From assembly GCA_040904565.1 (NCBI GenBank), contig JBBDTI010000021.1, positions 1 through 39,807 of the forward strand: 39,807 bases of DNA. Direction: 5' to 3'. The DNA comes from Rhodothermales bacterium (GTDB lineage Bacteria > Bacteroidota > Rhodothermia > Rhodothermales > VXPQ01). The notes under the pieces were generated by a model. The model ran no database searches. It saw nothing but the letters and a program-made list of their open reading frames with translations, and was not told the DNA's origin. The stretch's first letter is position 1, and every line of letters starts with the position of its first letter. Of the stretch, positions 1 to 7,094 are shown in pieces. The position numbers were made by a program, and so were the translations under genes.

Positions 1-160
1 TAATCGGGCCGAACGACCGCGTCCCGATCGTATCCAGGATGGATCCCACCGTGACGGGATCTTCCCCGTCGGCCGCCGCATCGACGCGGTCGAGCACTTC
101 TTCGACATTGGTAGGATCCTGATCTCCGGCCGAAGAAGGAGGATGGACTTCAGACGCCAT
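1..160 (-). CDS. ExoD-family (exopolysaccharide synthesis) membrane protein, 5' part only (runs off the window)
   Basis: Hand translation from ATG at 160: MASEVHPPSSAGDQDPTNVEEVLDRVDAAADGEDPVTVGSILDTIGTRSFGPI. The 'VTVGSILDTIGTRSFGP' segment matches the ExoD N-terminal pattern. Not in the ORF track because it is truncated. Confidence 0.65.
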   Translation of the reverse strand, partial: MASEVHPPSSAGDQDPTNVEEVLDRVDAAADGEDPVTVGSILDTIGTRSFGPI

Positions 161-254
161 GGGTGAAACGGGACGAGCTTTATCCTTTGGAACAGTATTC
201 CCCGCGTGGATCCAATACCCAACTCCTCGCACCCGAAAGAGTCATATTGCGATC

Positions 255-330
255 TGGTGGGCCCGGCAGGATTCGAACCTGCGACCAATGGATTATGAGT
301 CCACTGCTCTAACCGCTGAGCTACGGGCCC
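255..330 (-). tRNA. tRNA with CAU anticodon, most likely tRNA-Ile2 (lysidine-modified)
   Basis: Reverse complement GGGCCCGTAGCTCAGCGGTTAGAGCAGTGGACTCATAATCCATTGGTCGCAGGTTCGAATCCTGCCGGGCCCACCA: 76 nt cloverleaf, GTTCGAATC T-loop, encoded CCA. The CTCATAA loop and ileX-like context favour Ile2 over Met. Confidence 0.93.
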
Positions 331-598
331 CTAGACGCGCCTCTCTGCACGTCCTGCCGTCCAAGATACGATGCGTCCGTAACACGTTCGTCCGAATCCG
401 ATGTTTCGAGGCCGGTGCTCGTCCGATGGGAGGTGCCGGCGGAGTCGACCGACATTAGCGGCCGAGATTGGCCGCCCTCCGTGCCCTTTTCGGTTCTGTG
501 TCTACGTGACCGCAGCGAACGGTACCATCAACCGATCCGTGCCGATTCGTTTGTATATTAGTGGCACACGGCCCCTCCATTCGCAGAGCGTCAACCCG

Positions 599-2293
599 AT
601 GAGGCGAGCATCATGTTGGTTGTCAGGTGCCATTCTTATCCAGGTGACGATACTTTTGCTGTTCTCCACCGGTCCCCCACGTGCGGGGGCCGACCGCGAC
701 GGGCTTACGCCGGCATCCATACGCCATGCGGCCGTAGCGTCACATATGTATACGAAAGCAGCCTGTGCAGGCTGCCATGACGACTCGGACGGGTTCGTCG
801 ACAGCCCGGACCACGTGCTCAACCGCAGATCCGAACTCGACCCGCCGGCGTGGGCCGATTCCGCTCGCGTTCAGTCGAAGTGCGGCACCTGCCATCTCGT
901 TCCCGATCCGTCGGACCTGCCGCCAGGTCGCTGGGACGATGCCCTCGTGAATTACATGAGTAAGGTGATGTACTACCTGCAGGAGGCCCCGGACTTTAGC
1001 GTCGCGCCCGTCGGCATGCCCTATGCTGAGTGGATGGCTCAGACCAGAGACGAGTGGATGGATGTACTGCATTATTATCTCGCCTTCAGCTCGTCCGACA
1101 CCTTACTTCCGCCGGACCCCGCCGTTTCGGGGCTCCGATTCGAGCACACGAGCATCGGCAGGCCTCCCGGCACCCGCGGGAGGCCGCAGGTCGGCAACGT
1201 GAACGTCGTGGATCTCGACGGGGACGGACGGAAGGATGTGGTTGTCGGCGATTTCGAGCGGCACCGCGTATCGCTCGTTCGGAGAGAGGAGAACGGCTGG
1301 AGGGAGCACGACCTGGCGTCCATCCCTTACCCGGGCCATACGGAGGTAGGAGACTTCGATGGAGATGGGGACAGCGACATCGTCGTGGCCAACGTAGGCA
1401 GCGCCGTGCCGACCGACAATCGTGTGGGCAGCGTCGTCCTCCTGACCCGAATGGAGGGGCTGAACTTTGAGTCCACCACGATCCTTGAGGGCGTCGGCCG
1501 GGTCGCGGACGTTAGGCCGGGTGATTTTGACCAGGACGGCGACGTCGACTTCGTGGTGGCCATCTTCGGATTCCTGAACGAAGGAGGTATCGGATGGCTC
1601 GAGCGGCAAGCCGACGGCTCGTATCGATATCACCCCTTGAGCGACAAGCAGGGCGGGGTCAATGTCCTTCCAACCGATCTGAACGGCGACGGTCGGCTCG
1701 ATTTTATCGCCCTGATCTCTCAACAGTATGAGGAGATCACCGCCTTCGTCAATCAGGGTGGAGGACGTTTCACCGAGCAGCTTCTGTTTAAGGCGGACTC
1801 GCCAACGTTCGGTTCGTCGGGCATTGAACTCGTGGATCTCGACCGCGACGGGGATGTGGATGTTCTCTTTACGAATGGAGACGGATTTGACCTGTCGAGT
1901 TCGATGATCCGACCGTATCATGGCGTGCAGTGGCTCGAGAACGAGGGGGAGTATCGCTTTCGCTACCACGACCTCCTCCGTCTGTACGGAGCCTATCGGG
2001 CGGTGCCGGGCGACCTGGATGGTGACGGCGATCTGGACATTATCGCGACCAGTCTACTCAACGACTGGAGCGATCCGGAGAGGATGAGCCTGATCTGGCT
2101 CGAAAACGACGGTCGCCAGCATTTCACGCCGCACGGTATAGGAAACACTCCCGCGTCGATCATTACCGCCGACGTGGCCGATCTCGACGGAGACGGCCGA
2201 CTCGACATTGTGACGGGGAGCATGCCGATGTCGGCGTCCGACCCCCGCCAGGGGCGCGTCACGGTGTTCTCCAATCTGGGCCCGCTCGATTAA
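599..2293 (+). CDS. Exported protein with two CxxCH heme-binding motifs fused to an FG-GAP/VCBS-repeat beta-propeller
   Basis: ORF 401..2293; probable start ATG 599 (MRRASCWLSGAILIQVTILLLF, signal-like). CAGCH and CGTCH motifs, then repeated DLDGDG/DFDGDG..D Ca-binding repeats. Confidence 0.8.
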   Translation: MRRASCWLSGAILIQVTILLLFSTGPPRAGADRDGLTPASIRHAAVASHMYTKAACAGCHDDSDGFVDSPDHVLNRRSELDPPAWADSARVQSKCGTCHLVPDPSDLPPGRWDDALVNYMSKVMYYLQEAPDFSVAPVGMPYAEWMAQTRDEWMDVLHYYLAFSSSDTLLPPDPAVSGLRFEHTSIGRPPGTRGRPQVGNVNVVDLDGDGRKDVVVGDFERHRVSLVRREENGWREHDLASIPYPGHTEVGDFDGDGDSDIVVANVGSAVPTDNRVGSVVLLTRMEGLNFESTTILEGVGRVADVRPGDFDQDGDVDFVVAIFGFLNEGGIGWLERQADGSYRYHPLSDKQGGVNVLPTDLNGDGRLDFIALISQQYEEITAFVNQGGGRFTEQLLFKADSPTFGSSGIELVDLDRDGDVDVLFTNGDGFDLSSSMIRPYHGVQWLENEGEYRFRYHDLLRLYGAYRAVPGDLDGDGDLDIIATSLLNDWSDPERMSLIWLENDGRQHFTPHGIGNTPASIITADVADLDGDGRLDIVTGSMPMSASDPRQGRVTVFSNLGPLD

Positions 2294-2303
2294 CAGCAAC
2301 GGG

Positions 2304-2387
2304 CCTGTGCCTGCAGACAACTGAAAGGCACGGGACCTCTTGTGGAAAACCGACGTGGACGGCCGCTACCGGCCGGTGGCGGCCGTC
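2304..2387. terminator. Paired stem-loops between convergent genes (probable terminator region)
   Basis: Stem CCTGTGCCT/AGGCACGGG (2304-2334) and a 30-bp near-perfect palindrome GACGGCCGCTACCGGCCGGTGGCGGCCGTC (2358-2387). U-tracts are weak. Confidence 0.45.
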
Positions 2388-2389
2388 GC

Positions 2390-3706
2390 TCAGTTCATCG
2401 ACGGAAGTCCACGCAGGTATTCCCGCGCCGCCTCGTTGTTCGGATCGTGGCGGAGCGCCGCCTCCCACGCATCGCGCGCCGCGTCATCCTGGCCGATCCG
2501 CGCGAGGGCGATGCCGGCGTTGATCCAGGCCGGCACGAAGGTGTCATCCTGCTGGAGAATGGCATTGTACTCTTCCAGCGCACGCTCGACGTCGCGGTGC
2601 TTTAAAAAAAGATTCGCCACCCCGAAGCGCACCTCGACGTTCCCGGGATCGATGTGGAGCACCGTCTGGAAGGCCTGCATCGCCTCGGCATCGCGGCCTG
2701 CACGGTACAGGGCATATCCGTACGTCGCCCAGGCCGCGGGATCTTCAGGGTACAGCCGGGTCTTCGTCTCGTACTCGCGCAGGCCGTCCTCGATACGCTG
2801 CAGGCTGTCGGCGACCGCCAGGAATCGGGAAGCCTCGTCGAGCTGATCGAGATCGGCGAGGGCCCGTCCGAGTCCGTAGTAGCCCTCACTGTGATTGGGG
2901 TCCTGCTCGACGACCTGCCGAAACGTCGCAACGGCCTCTTCCACAGCGCCCGTTCGCAGGAGCATCGAGCCGATGAGGTATCGGTAGTCGGCATTGTCCG
3001 GCTCCTGTTCGAGTGCACGGCGGGCGTGGGGCAGCGCCGCCTCGGTATCGCCGTTTTGATCGAAGAGACGAGCCAGGCGGGCATGGGCCTCCGGGATGCT
3101 GTCCCCCTGGTCAATCGCGGCCTCGAATGCGAGGCGCGCGCTGTCGACGTAGCCGAGCTCCAGATACGCACGGCCCTTGTAGACCTTAACTCGCGGATCG
3201 TCGTGGGCCTCATTCTCCTGTTCGTAATATCCGACCGCGCGCTTGAACTGTCCGTTGCGGAAGGCATTGTTGCCCAGGTTCATGTAGGCACCCCGGTAGT
3301 TCGGGACGAGCGAGAGGACGCGCTGGTAGGCGTGCTGCGCGGCATCGGTGTCATGGAGTTCCGAGTAGATGCGACCCCGTAGAAAGGTGACGTCCGCCAG
3401 AAAGGTGGCATCACCCCGTGCGCCGCTCAGCCCGACATCTTCCCCAGCACCCTCGCCGCCGCTCTGCCCGGCATGCTGCTCGGCGCTATCGGCCTGTGCG
3501 AGCGCCGTGCCGATGTCGCCCGTCTGAAATGCTTTCTGGGCTTCTACCAGATATCCCGCGGCACGTGGATCGACACCCGTGCGGTCCGGACCCCGCTGCT
3601 CGTCGCGTTCGGTGTCGGACCCGCAGCCGAGGACGACGAGAAGAAGAGCCATGAGTGCAGCCGTGAGCCGAGAACGGCTCGAGGCCGGCACGAAAGAGAC
3701 GTGCAT
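2390..3706 (-). CDS. TPR-repeat lipoprotein
   Basis: 438 aa; lipobox-like LLVVLGC; many TPR-like helices (AYMNLGNNAF, YYGLGRALA, AWINAGIALA). Confidence 0.85.
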   Translation of the reverse strand: MHVSFVPASSRSRLTAALMALLLVVLGCGSDTERDEQRGPDRTGVDPRAAGYLVEAQKAFQTGDIGTALAQADSAEQHAGQSGGEGAGEDVGLSGARGDATFLADVTFLRGRIYSELHDTDAAQHAYQRVLSLVPNYRGAYMNLGNNAFRNGQFKRAVGYYEQENEAHDDPRVKVYKGRAYLELGYVDSARLAFEAAIDQGDSIPEAHARLARLFDQNGDTEAALPHARRALEQEPDNADYRYLIGSMLLRTGAVEEAVATFRQVVEQDPNHSEGYYGLGRALADLDQLDEASRFLAVADSLQRIEDGLREYETKTRLYPEDPAAWATYGYALYRAGRDAEAMQAFQTVLHIDPGNVEVRFGVANLFLKHRDVERALEEYNAILQQDDTFVPAWINAGIALARIGQDDAARDAWEAALRHDPNNEAAREYLRGLPSMN

Positions 3707-3718
3707 GGGGCGCCCCCT

Positions 3719-4750
3719 CTAGAATCCGACGTGCAGCCCTAAGCGATTGACGTTCCCCAGGTCGCCAAACTGCGAGTAAGCGTAGTCGGCACCAAAACTG
3801 AGACCGCTCACGTCGAGATTGAGGCCGGCGCCAAGATTCAGACCCTGCTCATCATTCGGAACCACATAGCCGGCCCGGAGAAAGAGTAGGTTCATGAACT
3901 GGTACTCACCGCCGACACGCAGCTGCTCGTCGAAGGAGCGCGGATGGCCCGCCTCCGCGCTGATCAACAGACCGTGGTTCCCCGTCATCGCCGGAGCCAC
4001 GACATCCAGCATGTCCATCGACGCACCGGCCGCGAGCAGCAGTGGTGTCTCGAAGGCTTCCTGCTCGTATGTCACCGTCGGCGAGAAGTTACGAGCGGAC
4101 ATGCCCACATTAAGGCTGCGAAAACCCGTCCGATAGAGCACGCCGAAGTCAAATACCGGCGTGCTCACGCTGTTTCCCTGGGTCGTCCCACTGGCGTCCA
4201 TGATGCTGTTCCCCAGGTCCTGGTGCACGTAGCGCACGCCGCCGCCGACCGAGAAACGATCGGAAAGAGATCGAGCGTAGCCCAGGCCAAGGGCGAGAGC
4301 CGACGGACTGAACGTTCCGATCCGTTCGTAGCCGAGGTCCGAACTCGATCGGATCGTGCCTTCGATCTCGCCGTAGTCGACCGACACGGCGGTAAATGCG
4401 AACGTTCCCAGGCGTCCGCCAGCCGGACTGTAACCGATGCTTGCACCGTTATAACTGATGTCCGCGATCCACTGAATGGTGCCGACGCTGAGGTCGCCGC
4501 CGTTCAGACTTGCCATTGCGGCCGGATTGTAGAACATGGCCATCGATGTACCCACGTCGGTAGCCACCATCGCATCGCCGAGAGCCGCGGCGCGCGGGCT
4601 CATCGAGACGCTCAGGAACTGCATCCCGGTCTGGGCCCGTTTGTCCCGTGGATGATCAAGCACGTCGGGCCGCTCATCCTGCGCAAGGGCCGTCTGCATC
4701 TGCGGCCCGACGACCAGTACGAGCACGAGCGTGAGAAGGAGACTTTTCAT
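3719..4750 (-). CDS. PorV/PorQ-family outer-membrane beta-barrel (T9SS shuttle-like)
   Basis: 343 aa; signal peptide; 'QFLSVSMSPRAAALGDA...MFYNPAA' signature; DYAYS..GDLG near the end; C-terminal Phe. Confidence 0.82.
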   Translation of the reverse strand: MKSLLLTLVLVLVVGPQMQTALAQDERPDVLDHPRDKRAQTGMQFLSVSMSPRAAALGDAMVATDVGTSMAMFYNPAAMASLNGGDLSVGTIQWIADISYNGASIGYSPAGGRLGTFAFTAVSVDYGEIEGTIRSSSDLGYERIGTFSPSALALGLGYARSLSDRFSVGGGVRYVHQDLGNSIMDASGTTQGNSVSTPVFDFGVLYRTGFRSLNVGMSARNFSPTVTYEQEAFETPLLLAAGASMDMLDVVAPAMTGNHGLLISAEAGHPRSFDEQLRVGGEYQFMNLLFLRAGYVVPNDEQGLNLGAGLNLDVSGLSFGADYAYSQFGDLGNVNRLGLHVGF

Positions 4751-4800
4751 GACGTAAACCTATTGTAAGTCCGTATTCGGCGACGAGTGCAACATTCCGC

Positions 4801-6981
4801 CTAGCGGATGACGACGAACTTCTTTATCACACGCTCGCCCGTCTCGTGGTTGTCGACAACGACGATGTAGACACCGCTGACGATAACCTGCTGCGAATCG
4901 GTGGTGAGGTTCCAGGCCTCGTCACCGGTCCCCGTCGTGTGCTCGATGGTTTTCACAAGGTCACCGCGCTCGGTAAAAATGCGAATCGTGCACCGTCCCG
5001 GAATATCCAGGAATGCCACCTTGTCTTCGCGATCAGGCCACCTGATATCGCCTGTCGCCGCAACGTTGAGCGGATTCGGAACGATGACAAAATCTGACGT
5101 GGCCTGACCCGGGCCACGAGCGGCGGCTGCCCCATCCCACGTCTGCGTCCAGTAGCGGTTGCTCTTTAACCGTACACCGTCGGGCGTGGCCGGCGAACCG
5201 GCGCCGGTCACATCGGAGGCGACGGCCTGGAGGTAGTAGAACTGCTCTACGCCGCGACCAGGGAGGGCGTCATTAAATTCACGCGCGTCGGGACCAAGGG
5301 CCGGAGTACCCGGACATCCCGCAATGCAGTCGTATCGGAAACCGTTCTCAACCGGACCCCAATAATACGTACGCGACCGGTAAAGCTCCCAACCCGCGAT
5401 CGGGCCGGCGTTCGGGTAGACATCCCACCCGATCTGGACTTCGTCTTCACCCGGGATTACCCGGAAGGATGAAGGCGGCATCGGTCCCTTGGGGATGCCG
5501 TACTGCGTCATACCGCTGCTCGCCCCGTAGGCCGCCAGCACGCGGTTGAAGGTCTGGAAGAGCGAATCCCTACCTGACTGTAGCCAGCCGTTTTTACTCA
5601 ATGTCTCACCGCGGTACGTGATGTTCCGTGTCGTGGCCAGATCCGGGGACATCTGGTCGCGCCGGTGGTTGGCGAGCTCCTTGAAGGCACTCCCAATGAG
5701 CTCGGCCTCGTGCTGATCGAGGCCGTCGACCGCCTCGGCAAGTACAATGCGCACGTCCTCTCCCGGTCCAAGCGAGTACGGTCCATAACTGAACATGGTC
5801 GAATAGCCGCCCGCCTTGCCGAGCTGCGGTGTGCCGTCATATGTGAGAAAATCGCCGTCCACGTCTACGATATCAGCGTGGTGCGGAAACATGTGGCCCA
5901 CGGCAATCACCTGATTGTAATCCTGTTCGCTGCGCTGAGAGTCGAAAGCGTCATTACCCGAAAGGAGGGGATGGTCCGAGTCAATGTGCCCCGTCGACGA
6001 GGGCTGTGTGGGGTCGTCCGACCCGTCGTCCGCACCGGCGTCGGCGTGCAGCGTGACCGTACCGATAAACTGCGGCACCGTTAGACGGCCGGTCGTGTCT
6101 CCCGGGGCCTCCGGGATCGACCGCCATCCGGAATTGTCGACCAGGCCAAGCTTTGGATAGCCCGCCTCGTCAAACGTGCCTGCATCCGAGTTCTGGGCGT
6201 TGCCGAGCCACGTGTACTGGGCACGGAAATCCACATCGTAGTCCTCCATCCCGTCTCCGACGACATCGTTCATTACGTTGGCGCCCCAACCGTCAGAGCC
6301 CCCCGGGTGGAACGCCCATTCGGCCATCTGGTAGCGCTTCTGGAAGTGGAGGTATACGCCCTCAAGCGTCTGCTCGACGTCCTGTTCCCCGTCGCCGTCC
6401 TGGTCGCCGGTGTTGGTCAGGACGAATTCCTGGATATGGTAGTTGTCGTTGTATGACTGATCGTAGGCGTATACCCGGCGTTCGTAGGTAAGGCCAATCG
6501 CACTGGCCGCCTTCGTATAGATCATGCGGTCGGCCGGTAGGTTCGGATCGACCTCGTCGTTGTCCGGGAAGTAGTCCAGGCTCTCGACGCGATCACCGGT
6601 CGGGAGCTGTACGATCACCTCGGGCGGCTCGAATCGGCTCACCGTCCGAAACTCCATCGGGAACAGCTCGCCGGCACCGCCGACGCGCGGACCGACGTGC
6701 GCCACCATATAGTCGAAGGTCTCGCCGGACATATGCTCGACGTTGCGCGCGCCCATCCACATCACGCCTACGCGCAAATTGTCCTGCTGCATGATGCGGG
6801 GCCACCTCAGACTTCTTCCACTGAACCAGCCCTCGCGCTCCCCGCCGATCTCGCTGTAAACGTTGACGAGGTTGCCGACGGCCAGCGGTTTGTTCTGGAA
6901 TTGAGCCAGCCCTTCGACCGGTGCAACGAGCCATAGGAGCACCGGGAGGAGGAACCCGAGTTTCAATCTTCTATCAGACAT
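4801..6981 (-). CDS. Secreted protein of unknown function with FN3-like region and T9SS type-A-like (FlgD-Ig) C-terminal domain
   Basis: 726 aa; signal peptide ending GLA-Q; C-terminus 'VPNPLNV...IRIFTERGDLVKTI...WNLTTDSQQVIVSGVYIVVV...KKFVVIR' resembles a T9SS sorting domain. Confidence 0.75.
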   Translation of the reverse strand: MSDRRLKLGFLLPVLLWLVAPVEGLAQFQNKPLAVGNLVNVYSEIGGEREGWFSGRSLRWPRIMQQDNLRVGVMWMGARNVEHMSGETFDYMVAHVGPRVGGAGELFPMEFRTVSRFEPPEVIVQLPTGDRVESLDYFPDNDEVDPNLPADRMIYTKAASAIGLTYERRVYAYDQSYNDNYHIQEFVLTNTGDQDGDGEQDVEQTLEGVYLHFQKRYQMAEWAFHPGGSDGWGANVMNDVVGDGMEDYDVDFRAQYTWLGNAQNSDAGTFDEAGYPKLGLVDNSGWRSIPEAPGDTTGRLTVPQFIGTVTLHADAGADDGSDDPTQPSSTGHIDSDHPLLSGNDAFDSQRSEQDYNQVIAVGHMFPHHADIVDVDGDFLTYDGTPQLGKAGGYSTMFSYGPYSLGPGEDVRIVLAEAVDGLDQHEAELIGSAFKELANHRRDQMSPDLATTRNITYRGETLSKNGWLQSGRDSLFQTFNRVLAAYGASSGMTQYGIPKGPMPPSSFRVIPGEDEVQIGWDVYPNAGPIAGWELYRSRTYYWGPVENGFRYDCIAGCPGTPALGPDAREFNDALPGRGVEQFYYLQAVASDVTGAGSPATPDGVRLKSNRYWTQTWDGAAAARGPGQATSDFVIVPNPLNVAATGDIRWPDREDKVAFLDIPGRCTIRIFTERGDLVKTIEHTTGTGDEAWNLTTDSQQVIVSGVYIVVVDNHETGERVIKKFVVIR

Positions 6982-7094
6982 TGTTCGACTAGAAGTTTGC
7001 TGTAATCAGTGTACCCTTTCACAGCGCCGCGCCTCCCTATGCGTCGGGAGTGACGCCCATGGGATCGCCGGTGATGCCCGGCTGCGCCGACGTT

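Noticed and set aside
255-330. tRNA as integration site of a genomic island
   Set aside because: No integrase and no duplicate of the tRNA 3' end seen in the window. The tRNA 3' end points left, away from the accessory locus.
159-458. 99-aa ORF containing WWARQDSNLRP
   Set aside because: Translation of the tRNA antisense strand, a common artefact.
2601-2610. In-frame T TTT TTA slippery heptamer / T7 run in the TPR gene
   Set aside because: The ORF is intact with TPR repeats continuing past it. The tract is short for phase variation and no meaningful alternative product is evident.
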